Part shown: one piece after another, positions 27,350 to 36,196 of the stretch
Layout of the letters: each line of letters starts with the position of its first letter
How positions within the stretch are numbered: position 1 is the first letter of the stretch
Source: Rickettsiales bacterium
GTDB lineage: Bacteria > Pseudomonadota > Alphaproteobacteria > Rickettsiales > JABIRX01
Direction: 5' to 3'
DNA: 53,924 nucleotides
Assembly: GCA_016780625.1 (NCBI GenBank)
Contig: JADHLN010000002.1
Coordinates: 1 to 53,924, forward strand
Notes under the pieces: generated by a model
Seen by the model: only the letters and a program-made list of their open reading frames with translations
Databases searched by the model: none
What the model was told of the DNA's origin: nothing
Program-made: the position numbers and the translations under genes

Positions 27350-28306
27350 ATGTCTGAAAGTTATATTAATATTGCTAAAAATGTTATTACAACAGAAATT
27401 AAGGGTCTTGAAGAAGTTTCTGCATATTTAGGTGATGAATTTATAGAATTAATTGATCTGATATTAGCTAGTAAAGGAAGAGTTATTTTTAGTGGTATGG
27501 GTAAAAGTGGTCATATAGCTAGAAAAATTTCTGCAACATTATCTTCTCTTGGTACAGCATCATATTTTATTCACCCAGGTGAAGCTAGCCATGGTGATTT
27601 AGGTATGATTAATAATGATGATATAGTTATTTTGCTTTCTAATTCAGGAGAAACAAAAGAGCTATCTGATATTATTAATTATTGTAAAAGATTTAATATA
27701 AAATTAGTTGCGATTGTCAGGCGATCATCATCATTATTAGTTTCTGCATCTGATATTGCTATTATTTTGCCTGAAGTAAGTGAAGCATCTTCAATTAATG
27801 CTCCTACAACTTCTACAACTATGATGCTTGCTTTTGGAGACGCTCTAGCAGTTACTATTGCTGAAGTAAAAGGTTTTTCTAAAGATGATTTTGGTGTTTT
27901 TCATCCTGGTGGAAAATTAGGTAGCCAATGTATTAAAATCAAAGATATTATGAGAGATATTAATTTAACCCCCATATGTAAAGCTGATGATAAGATTGAT
28001 GAAGTTATTAGTAAAATTTCAGAATCAAAAATAGGTCTGGTTGCTATTTGCGATGAAAATAATCAAATTTTAGGTGTAATTACTGACGGAGATTTAAGAA
28101 GATATTTTGCTAAAAGAGATTTTACTGGATCTGCAGCTAATATAATGACAAGCAATCCAAAATTTATTCATTTTGATAAATTAGCACTTGAAGCTGTGAA
28201 TATAATGAATAAGAATGAGATAACTGCTATATTTATAGTTGATGATAGAAATAAATTAGTTGGAGTTTTGCATATACATGATTGCTTTAAAGCCGGAATC
28301 ATATAA
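27350..28306 (+). CDS. kdsD: arabinose-5-phosphate isomerase (KdsD/KpsF/GutQ family; SIS + tandem CBS)
   Basis: 318 aa. GMGKSGHIARKISATLSSLGT SIS motif and two CBS repeats at the C-terminus. Precedes the lpt genes, as is typical. Confidence 0.9.
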   Translation: MSESYINIAKNVITTEIKGLEEVSAYLGDEFIELIDLILASKGRVIFSGMGKSGHIARKISATLSSLGTASYFIHPGEASHGDLGMINNDDIVILLSNSGETKELSDIINYCKRFNIKLVAIVRRSSSLLVSASDIAIILPEVSEASSINAPTTSTTMMLAFGDALAVTIAEVKGFSKDDFGVFHPGGKLGSQCIKIKDIMRDINLTPICKADDKIDEVISKISESKIGLVAICDENNQILGVITDGDLRRYFAKRDFTGSAANIMTSNPKFIHFDKLALEAVNIMNKNEITAIFIVDDRNKLVGVLHIHDCFKAGII

Positions 28307-29264
28307 TAGAAATTACCTTAGGATATCACTTTTTGAGAAATATTTAAGATATACGCTCTATTTATTATTATTAATTTTATTTTTATATCCAATATATATT
28401 AAAATTTTATCTTGGAATTCTAATAAATCTTTTTTAATTACAAATGATGATTTAGGGATGATTAATGCCACTCTTAATTATAGTGATGTTACAGGAAATA
28501 ACTTTCTTATTAATGCCTCTAAGGCTATTCATAAGAGTGAGGATGAATTGATTTTTAGTAAGATTAATGCTTATCACAGCAATATTAATAAAAATGAAAT
28601 TAACCTATTATCAGATTTAGCTGAATATAATAATATTAAAAAAGTTTTACATTTTCCGGGCAAGTTCTTTGTTTCTTCTGAGAATGATTTTAATTTAACC
28701 TCTCAATTTGCAAATTATGATGTATCTAATTCTATTATTAATGGAAATAGGAATATTTTTTTTGAAAATTATGTTGGTAAATTTAATGCTGATTCATTTG
28801 AATTAGATATTAGCAATAAATATTATAAGTTTGAAAATAATATAATTATTAATTTAAAGTCTATAAGAGATAATGCTCAAATTAAGGCTAATAATATTGT
28901 TGTTGATGAAAAGAAATTTTTAATAATTGCAAGAGATCAACCTATATATAAGGATCATGAGTTATTTCTATCAGGTGATGAGTTATTGATCAATTATAAA
29001 AATGGAGAATCAGATAAGATTATAATTGATAAAATTACTATCAATAATAATATAAAGATTATCCATAATGACTCTGTTATAACAGGTGAAAGGGCTATTT
29101 ATTATAATGAAATTGGTGAAATTGAGATAATTAATAATGTTATTTTAAAACAGAAAGATAATTCTATAAAGGGATCAAGATTGAAATATTATCTTAAAGA
29201 TTCATCTATTAGAATGTTAGATTCTGGCTCAAGTAAAGTAGAATTAAAATATAGAAATGAATAA
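28278..29264 (+). CDS. LPS export protein: LptC-like N-terminal half (TM anchor) fused to an LptA/OstA-like C-terminal half
   Basis: One TM segment (YTLYLLLLILFLYPIYIKIL). The C-terminal part ITGERAIYYNEIGEIEIINNVILKQKDNSIKGSRLKYYLKD resembles the E. coli LptA segment ...GNAYLQQVDSNIKGDKITYLVKE. It occupies the lptC-lptA slot between kdsD and lptB. The ATG at 28278 is preferred over the TTG at 28260. Confidence 0.6.
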   Translation: MIALKPESYNRNYLRISLFEKYLRYTLYLLLLILFLYPIYIKILSWNSNKSFLITNDDLGMINATLNYSDVTGNNFLINASKAIHKSEDELIFSKINAYHSNINKNEINLLSDLAEYNNIKKVLHFPGKFFVSSENDFNLTSQFANYDVSNSIINGNRNIFFENYVGKFNADSFELDISNKYYKFENNIIINLKSIRDNAQIKANNIVVDEKKFLIIARDQPIYKDHELFLSGDELLINYKNGESDKIIIDKITINNNIKIIHNDSVITGERAIYYNEIGEIEIINNVILKQKDNSIKGSRLKYYLKDSSIRMLDSGSSKVELKYRNE

Positions 29265-29979
29265 GTTAAAAGCTGAAAATATACATAAATCATATGGAAA
29301 AAAGGAAGTATTAAAAGGAATTAATATTGAGGTTAATTCTGGAGAGGTAGTTGCTTTATTAGGGCCAAATGGAGCTGGTAAAACTACTTTTTTTTATAGT
29401 TTAGTTGGACTTATCAATGCATCTAATGGAAAAATTATTCTTAATGATCAGGAGATAACAAATTATCCTATTTATTTAAGGGGTAAGATGGGAATAGGTT
29501 ATTTACCTCAGGAAAATTCAATTTTTAGAGATATGACCGTTGAGGAGAATATATTAACTATTTTAGAAATTAAATATAAGGATAAGGAGCAAAGAAATAA
29601 GAGGTTAAAAAAATTATTATCTGAATTTGGTATTACTAGAATTAGAAATTCAAATGCACAATCATTATCAGGAGGTGAGAGGAGAAGAGTGGAAATTGCT
29701 AGATGTCTTGCATCAGATCCGAATTTTGTTCTACTTGATGAGCCTTTTGCTGGGGTAGATCCAATAGCTGTTGCTGATATAAGGGAATTAGTATTGCATC
29801 TTAAAGATAGAGATATTGGAGTAATAATTACTGATCATAATGTTAGAGAAACTCTAGAGGTAGTTGATAGGGCTTATATTATTTTTGATGGTAAGGTTTT
29901 ATGTGAGGGAAACCAAAAAGAGATATTGGCTAATAATAAAGTTAAAAAATATTATTTAGGTAAAAATTTTAAAATTTAA
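29257..29979 (+). CDS. lptB: LPS export ABC transporter ATP-binding protein LptB
   Basis: 240 aa. GPNGAGKTT, LSGGERRRVEIAR and LLDEPFAGVDP motifs. Follows the lptC/A-like gene with an 8-nt overlap. Confidence 0.9.
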   Translation: MNKLKAENIHKSYGKKEVLKGINIEVNSGEVVALLGPNGAGKTTFFYSLVGLINASNGKIILNDQEITNYPIYLRGKMGIGYLPQENSIFRDMTVEENILTILEIKYKDKEQRNKRLKKLLSEFGITRIRNSNAQSLSGGERRRVEIARCLASDPNFVLLDEPFAGVDPIAVADIRELVLHLKDRDIGVIITDHNVRETLEVVDRAYIIFDGKVLCEGNQKEILANNKVKKYYLGKNFKI

Positions 29980-31274
29980 TTATTTATGATCCAATCTGCA
30001 TCAGAGGCGTCATTATCAGTTGTGATCTTACTAATTAGGTCACCGTTTAAATTTGTAATATACAGATTGGAGTAATTAGATTTGTGATTTGATTTTTTTG
30101 GGTTCATACGTGTAAAAATGATAAATTTACTATTTGGTGCCCAGTTAGGTGTATCATCTTTATAGGATTTTGTTAGGTTTTTCATTTCAAGATTTTTCAT
30201 ATTAATTATACCAATATGAGATTTTCCTCTGTGAGTTTTCGTATATGATATATATTTACCATCTGGAGACCATCTTGGTGTGGAATAATTACCATATCCA
30301 GAATTAATTTTTCTTAATTTTTTGCTTTCTATATCTATTAAATATAATTTTTGTGAACCATCACGATCAGAGCTAAATATAATTGTTTTATTATCAGGTG
30401 AGAAATCTGGAGAAGTATCAATGGCAGGGTGGTTTGTTAATTTTGTTTTCTTTTTAGTTTGGAAATTATATAGCATTATTTCAGTGTTACCTTCAAATGA
30501 TGAACTATAGGTTAGCATGCTACCATCTTTGCTGAAGCGTGGAGCGAAATTTAGATTTTTTTCTTTAAATAAGAGTTTTTCTTGTTTTTTTTCTAAATCA
30601 TAAATAAATAATTGGGGCTTATGCTTTTTATATGATAGGTAAATTATTTTTTTTCCATCATGATTAAATCTCGGTGAAAGAATTAATTCATTTTTTATAT
30701 TTAAATATTCTATTTTATCATCATAGATATTTTTTATTGCTAATTTTCTTTTTCTATTTAGTGCTGAACCATGTTCTGATACATAAATTATTTTAGTGTT
30801 TTGATAGCCATTAATACCAGTGAAATATTTATAGATTTTATCTGAAATAATAGCTGCAATTTTTTTTGCTTCATTTTTGCTATCAAGTAAGTAATTTTCG
30901 TTAAAAATTTCTTTTTGTTGAATTTTGTCATATAGCTTAATATTTGCTTTATAATTATTATTAGCTTTTTTATTTACGTTTATTGCTATATCTGCATAGT
31001 GAAAATTATTATTATTTGAGTCAGTGAATTTATCCAATAAGTTAATTTTATCGCTTTGAACAGAAAAAATTTTGGTAGAATTAAGTTGTTTTTTTATGTT
31101 TTTATTTATTTTATAGGCAATATTTTTACTGCTAAATTTATCTCCAGTAATCTTTGTAATATTAATATTTATTAAATCTTCGTTACCACCAAATATATTT
31201 ATTGATGCAGCATATGAGATGTTAATATATTGAAAAAATAATAAAATTAGGAGTATTACTTTTAAATACTTCAT
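29976..31274 (-). CDS. tolB: Tol-Pal system beta-propeller protein TolB
   Basis: 432 aa. Signal peptide, a TolB N-terminal domain, and repeated P.FSPDG/W.PDG propeller blades (PRFSKDGSMLTY, PDFSPDNKTIIF, PRWSPDGKYISY, PNWAPNSKFIIF). Confidence 0.9.
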   Translation of the reverse strand: MKYLKVILLILLFFQYINISYAASINIFGGNEDLININITKITGDKFSSKNIAYKINKNIKKQLNSTKIFSVQSDKINLLDKFTDSNNNNFHYADIAINVNKKANNNYKANIKLYDKIQQKEIFNENYLLDSKNEAKKIAAIISDKIYKYFTGINGYQNTKIIYVSEHGSALNRKRKLAIKNIYDDKIEYLNIKNELILSPRFNHDGKKIIYLSYKKHKPQLFIYDLEKKQEKLLFKEKNLNFAPRFSKDGSMLTYSSSFEGNTEIMLYNFQTKKKTKLTNHPAIDTSPDFSPDNKTIIFSSDRDGSQKLYLIDIESKKLRKINSGYGNYSTPRWSPDGKYISYTKTHRGKSHIGIINMKNLEMKNLTKSYKDDTPNWAPNSKFIIFTRMNPKKSNHKSNYSNLYITNLNGDLISKITTDNDASDADWIINN

Positions 31275-33469
31275 AGAGATAAAGAGCTATTATAAATATC
31301 TCTTAGGATATTAATGGTTATTTCCTGGTCATCAATAATTATATTATCTGCTATAGTTGATCCTAATTTCATGATATTTACCTTATTAGAATTTGCTAAT
31401 TCGATAATTTCTTTAACTTTATTTGTACTTATTACATATCTTGCTTGTGTTTCTGAGAAATAAAATTCTACGTCTGATAGAGATTTACTAATATTTTTAA
31501 TATTAAATCCTATATTATTTATGAAACTCATTTTTGTAAGAATTGTTATTAAGCCACCATCTGAGATATCATTTACAGAGCTTATTAAATTATTGTTAAT
31601 AAGATTTGAGATAAAATCTGCGTGAGATTTTTCTTTTTTAAGGTCAATTCTAGGTGAGTTACCAGAGCATTGATTTAGTATTTCTGTTTGAAAAATTGAT
31701 CTTCCTAATTCACTTTCAGTTTCTCCTATAACTAATATATCTTCATTTATGTTAGTGAAATAATTTTTCACTATTTTATCTATATTTTTTATATATCCAA
31801 CAGCGCCAATATTAGGGCAAGGTTTTATTGCTTTACCATTAGTTTCATTGTAAAGCGATACATTACCTGAGATTACTGGATATTTTAAAAATTTTGATGC
31901 ATCTCTAATTGCTTCTATTGATTTTACAATTTGTCCCATTATCTCTTTTCTTTCAGGATTTCCAAAATTTAAACAATTTGTAATTGCCATTGGTTTTGCT
32001 GATAATATTGTTAAGTTTCTATAGGTTTCACACACTGCTTGTAATGTTCCTTCATAAGGATTTGCCTCAACATATCTTGGTGTGCAATCTGTTGTTGCTG
32101 CAATTGCTTTATTTCTATTATGAATTTTTACTATTCCTGAAGCAATATTTTGAGCTTTAATAGTGTCATTCATTACAGCATTGTCATATTGCTCATAAAT
32201 TTGATGTTTTGATGCTATGTTTTGATTTGCAATAATCTTTTTTAAAGACTCTATTATATTTATGTTTTTGTTTCTATCATAAATATAGCTTTTATGTTCT
32301 ATGGGTTCTATCCATTCTCTGTCATATTTGGGTGCTGAATCTGATAATGGATTTACTGGTATATTAGCAACAATCTTATTGTCATGCTTTAAGACTAGCT
32401 GCTTACTGTTTGTTATTTCACCTATAGTACTGCAATCTAGATCCCATTTTCCAAATATTTCTTTTGCTAAATTTTCTTTATTTGGTTTTATAACCATTAG
32501 CATTCTTTCTTGGCTTTCTGAAAGCATTATTTCGTATGGTGTCATATTTTCCTCTCTGACAGGAACCATATCTAGATCTATCTCGATACCTGTTCCTCCC
32601 TTTGCAGACATTTCAATTGAAGATGAGGTTAGGCCAGCTGCTCCCATATCTTGAATTGCGATTATTGCATCTTCTTGCATTAGCTCTAAACATGCTTCTA
32701 TCAATAATTTTTCTTTAAATGGGTCACCAACCTGTACAGTAGGTCTTTTTTCTGATGACTCATCATCAAATTCTTGAGAGGCCATAGTTGCACCATGGAT
32801 TCCATCTCTGCCAGTTTTGCTTCCTACATATAAAATTTTTGAACCTATTTCTGAAGCTGCTGAATAGAAGATTTTATCTTTTTTTGCATGTCCAATGCAC
32901 ATAGCGTTAACTAATATATTGCCATTATAAGATGAATCAAAAATAACATCGCCAGCAATGTTTGGAACTCCTACACAATTCCCATAACCAGAAATTCCAG
33001 CACTTACCCCATTTAAAAGAAATTTAGTTTTTTCATGAGAATATTCTCCAAAACGTAATGAGTCTAGAATTGCAATTGGTCTAGCACCCATTGTAAATAC
33101 ATCACGCATTATTCCTCCAACTCCAGTTGCAGAGCCTTGATAAGGTTCAATAAATGATGGATGGTTATGACTTTCCATTTTAAATATAATTGCATCATCA
33201 TCTTCTATATCAATTATGCCTGCATTTTCACCAGGTCCACAAATAACAAAATCTTCTTCTGTATGTAATTTTGCTAGGTGTAATCTTGTTGATTTATATG
33301 AACAATGTTCACTCCACATTACAGAAAAAATTCCTAATTCAGTTATATTTGGTTCTCTTTCTAATATTTCTAGAATTTTTTTATATTCTTCTTCGGATAG
33401 CCCATGAGATTTAATGGTTTCTTGTGAGTGCATTTTGTAATTATCTATTGTCTGATTTTTGTTTTTCAT
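31271..33469 (-). CDS. purL: phosphoribosylformylglycinamidine synthase subunit PurL
   Basis: 732 aa. SEHCSYKS, ESHNHPS and GNCVGVP motifs, colinear with small-type PurL. The TGA stop overlaps the tolB ATG (ATGA). Confidence 0.95.
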   Translation of the reverse strand: MKNKNQTIDNYKMHSQETIKSHGLSEEEYKKILEILEREPNITELGIFSVMWSEHCSYKSTRLHLAKLHTEEDFVICGPGENAGIIDIEDDDAIIFKMESHNHPSFIEPYQGSATGVGGIMRDVFTMGARPIAILDSLRFGEYSHEKTKFLLNGVSAGISGYGNCVGVPNIAGDVIFDSSYNGNILVNAMCIGHAKKDKIFYSAASEIGSKILYVGSKTGRDGIHGATMASQEFDDESSEKRPTVQVGDPFKEKLLIEACLELMQEDAIIAIQDMGAAGLTSSSIEMSAKGGTGIEIDLDMVPVREENMTPYEIMLSESQERMLMVIKPNKENLAKEIFGKWDLDCSTIGEITNSKQLVLKHDNKIVANIPVNPLSDSAPKYDREWIEPIEHKSYIYDRNKNINIIESLKKIIANQNIASKHQIYEQYDNAVMNDTIKAQNIASGIVKIHNRNKAIAATTDCTPRYVEANPYEGTLQAVCETYRNLTILSAKPMAITNCLNFGNPERKEIMGQIVKSIEAIRDASKFLKYPVISGNVSLYNETNGKAIKPCPNIGAVGYIKNIDKIVKNYFTNINEDILVIGETESELGRSIFQTEILNQCSGNSPRIDLKKEKSHADFISNLINNNLISSVNDISDGGLITILTKMSFINNIGFNIKNISKSLSDVEFYFSETQARYVISTNKVKEIIELANSNKVNIMKLGSTIADNIIIDDQEITINILRDIYNSSLSL

Positions 33470-33529
33470 AAATATAAATATTTTTTAATTTAAGTCTATT
33501 TTTTAATTATTGTTAATGTTAGGGTTTAA

Positions 33530-34228
33530 TTATTGGGTGTAACCCTCTCTTAAACCAAATATATTTGTCCCGATTCTAACTTGGCTCGTACCTATCTTAA
33601 TTGCTTCTTTATAATCATTACTCATTCCTTGGCTTAGATAATGTAGGTTATTTTCTTTAGCTATTTTTTTCATAAATGCAAAAAATGGTGCTGGGTTTTC
33701 ATCTTTAGGAGGTATACACATTAATCCTTTTATTGGAAGCTTTAAATCATTAATAGTAAATTTTATAAATTCACTGGCAATTTCAGGTTCTATGCCATAT
33801 TTTTGTTCTTCTTTTCCTATATTTATTTGTATTAGCATTTCTTTTGTTTTACTTGATTCAGTTAAATGTTTTGTTATTTCTAGAGCGAGTTTTTCATTAT
33901 CTATTGTTTCTATAATATCAAATAGTTTTAAAGCTTCTTTAGTTTTGTTTCTTTGTAGATGTCCTATAAAATGAAGTTTTATTTTTTGGTTGTTTTTTAG
34001 AATATTTGGCCATTTCTCATTTGCTTCTTTGATTTGGTTCTCTGCAAAATATAAATGTCCAGCATTAATTAAATCTTGAATTTTATTTACTGGTTGTTTT
34101 TTGCTTACGGCAATTAATTTTACTTTTTCTTGTTGCCATTTTTTTGATTCTGATTCAATTTCTTTGTTAATTTTATTAAGGTTGTCTATTATTGAATGAG
34201 GCATATTTTGTTTAAATTTAGTGGTCAA
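33530..34228 (-). CDS. yggS: YggS-family pyridoxal phosphate homeostasis protein
   Basis: 232 aa. LIAVSKKQP (PLP Lys), HFIGHLQRNK, and C-terminal SQGMSNDY...G.S.VRIG. The start could instead be the internal Met at 34204. Confidence 0.85.
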   Translation of the reverse strand: MTTKFKQNMPHSIIDNLNKINKEIESESKKWQQEKVKLIAVSKKQPVNKIQDLINAGHLYFAENQIKEANEKWPNILKNNQKIKLHFIGHLQRNKTKEALKLFDIIETIDNEKLALEITKHLTESSKTKEMLIQINIGKEEQKYGIEPEIASEFIKFTINDLKLPIKGLMCIPPKDENPAPFFAFMKKIAKENNLHYLSQGMSNDYKEAIKIGTSQVRIGTNIFGLREGYTQ

Positions 34229-34753
34229 ATTTTACTTAGCTCTATAGAAAAGCTTAAAGATCCATTTGTTGCAATAGAAAAATTAGATAAAAATTCAATT
34301 TTTATTTTAAGGGATGAAGCTGGATTTGAATATCAGCATGAATTTATAAAAAAAATAAGATCTTTTTGTGCTAAAAAAAACATCTTATTTTTTGTGCAAA
34401 ATTTATCCTACGCCAAGAAATATAAGGCTGATGGTATTTCTTTGAAGGAAAAAGATAGGTTTTTAAGGGTAAGTGATAAAAGTTTAATTATTTGCCAATC
34501 TTGTCATTATTTGCAAACTGCAAGGGTTGCTATTATGTATAAACGTGATTTTATAATTCTTTCTTCATTATTTAAAACTACTACTCACCCTAAAAAAAGA
34601 CCTTTGGGCATTATTAAATTTAATAGAATATTGCAGCAGTTAGATATAGCTGTTGTTGCTCTTGGGGGTATTAGAAAACATAATTTTAATCATTTATCCT
34701 CTCTTAATATTTATGGTTTTGCAGCAATTGATTATTTTTTATATGATAAATAA
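34196..34753 (+). CDS. thiamine phosphate synthase-family (ThiE/TenI-like) protein
   Basis: 185 aa. The C-terminal half SCH...DFIILSSLFKTTTHPKKRPLG...VVALGGI...GFAAI matches the ThiE/TenI TIM-barrel pattern. The N-terminus and start are uncertain because it overlaps the yggS start head-to-head. Confidence 0.5.
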   Translation: MRHILFKFSGQILLSSIEKLKDPFVAIEKLDKNSIFILRDEAGFEYQHEFIKKIRSFCAKKNILFFVQNLSYAKKYKADGISLKEKDRFLRVSDKSLIICQSCHYLQTARVAIMYKRDFIILSSLFKTTTHPKKRPLGIIKFNRILQQLDIAVVALGGIRKHNFNHLSSLNIYGFAAIDYFLYDK

Positions 34754-36145
34754 TTTTGTATAAATAATAATTAAGAAGAGGCATATAATATTAGCGAATA
34801 TTCCTGTTTTAATCATATCATTTATTTTTATATATCCACTTGAAAATATTATCGCATTTGGTGGTGTTGACATAGGAAGGATAAATGCTGTTGAAGCTGC
34901 AATTGTTGCTGGTAGTGATAATGATAGCGGTGATCCTGTTATATTCATTGAGATAACTGTAAGTACAGGAATTAAAATTGCTGTTAATGCAAGGTTACTC
35001 ATAAATTCTGTAAATAACATTGTGATTAGTACTGTAACAAAAACTATTATAATAAATTTATGATTTGCAAAATTTTTAATATAATTGCCAATTATTTCAA
35101 CAAATCCTGATTGTTCCATTGCGCTAGCTAAAGATAATCCTCCGCCAAAAAGTAGTAACGTACCCCATGAAATTTCTTTGCAATCATTCCAGTTTAAAAT
35201 AAAGTCATTTTCTTTTTTGCTTGGAATAATAAATAAAGCTGCAGACCCTATAAGTCCAATTGCTACATCAGATATCTCAAATGGAAAATATGTTTTAAAC
35301 ATCCAGCTAAGAGACACTAGAAGAAATATGCTGCATACAATTTTTTCTTGATAGGTGATCTTGCCTAGTTTAATTAACTCTTCTTTAATAAAATTACCTT
35401 CCTTTCTTGTTTTTACTTTAATTTTATCTAATTTGAAAAATATGAAATATAACCAAGTTGATATTAGCAATAATGCAGAAAGAGGGAAAAAAAGAATAAA
35501 CCATTCACTAAATAAAAAATCATAATTTAAAGCTTCATTAAGATAGGCAATTAATATTGCGTTAGGTGGTGTTCCAATTATTGTGGCTATGCCGCCAATT
35601 GATGCTGAATAAGCGATTGCTAGTAATAATATTTTTGCAAATTTATCAGTTTCCTTGCTTTGTTTTTTTATTATAGTGATTATTGAAAGGGCAATAGGTA
35701 ACATCATAATTGTTGTTGCAGTATTACTAATCCACATGCTAATTATTGCTGTTGAAATCATAAAACCTAATAATATCCCTTTTGGTGATGATCCTGTTAA
35801 TCTTAAAATATTAAGAGCGATTCTCTTATTCAGGTTCCATTTGCTTATTGCTAGTGCTAATATAAAGCCGCTTAAAAATAAAAAGATTATTTTATTACTA
35901 TAATTTTCTGATACCTCATTAATATTCACTAAATTAAAGCTGGGTAGTAATATTAATGGTAATAGAGAGGTTATAGGTATAGGTAATGTTTCAGTTATCC
36001 AAAATGAAAATATTAATGTTGCAATAGCTAATGTGGTTAATATTTTTTGATTGAAAATTTCATTTGCAGGTAGGTTATATATAATTAGAGATAAAATTAT
36101 TGAGATGCTAGCTGAAATAAATTTTTTTTGATAAATATTTTCCAT
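34739..36145 (-). CDS. DASS/SLC13-family sodium-coupled anion (dicarboxylate/sulfate) symporter
   Basis: 468-aa polytopic membrane protein with two hairpin SNT-type motifs (WISNTATTIMMLPI and FMSNLALTAILIPV) and a GTPPN / TPPNAI pair. Confidence 0.8.
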   Translation of the reverse strand: MENIYQKKFISASISIILSLIIYNLPANEIFNQKILTTLAIATLIFSFWITETLPIPITSLLPLILLPSFNLVNINEVSENYSNKIIFLFLSGFILALAISKWNLNKRIALNILRLTGSSPKGILLGFMISTAIISMWISNTATTIMMLPIALSIITIIKKQSKETDKFAKILLLAIAYSASIGGIATIIGTPPNAILIAYLNEALNYDFLFSEWFILFFPLSALLLISTWLYFIFFKLDKIKVKTRKEGNFIKEELIKLGKITYQEKIVCSIFLLVSLSWMFKTYFPFEISDVAIGLIGSAALFIIPSKKENDFILNWNDCKEISWGTLLLFGGGLSLASAMEQSGFVEIIGNYIKNFANHKFIIIVFVTVLITMLFTEFMSNLALTAILIPVLTVISMNITGSPLSLSLPATIAASTAFILPMSTPPNAIIFSSGYIKINDMIKTGIFANIICLFLIIIYTKLFII

Positions 36146-36196
36146 TGAAGTCTAAATTGTTTTCTTATTTAGATTGGTAAATTATTTAATTTAAAA

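Noticed and set aside
1461-33469. Possible alternative genetic code (TGA as Trp), as seen in some AT-rich reduced genomes.
   Set aside because: TGA terminates several ORFs exactly at conserved C-termini (the aminotransferase at 1461, ccmG at 16250, glmS at 20495 after ...KSVTVE, purL at 31271). Conserved Trp positions such as the CcmF WWD motif are encoded by TGG. The standard bacterial code fits.
36149-36175. Inverted repeat TCTAAAT...ATTTAGA between the map stop and the DASS transporter start, considered as a map terminator.
   Set aside because: It is a 7-bp all-weak stem with a 9-nt loop and no downstream T-run on the transcribed (minus) strand, so it is not convincing as an intrinsic terminator.
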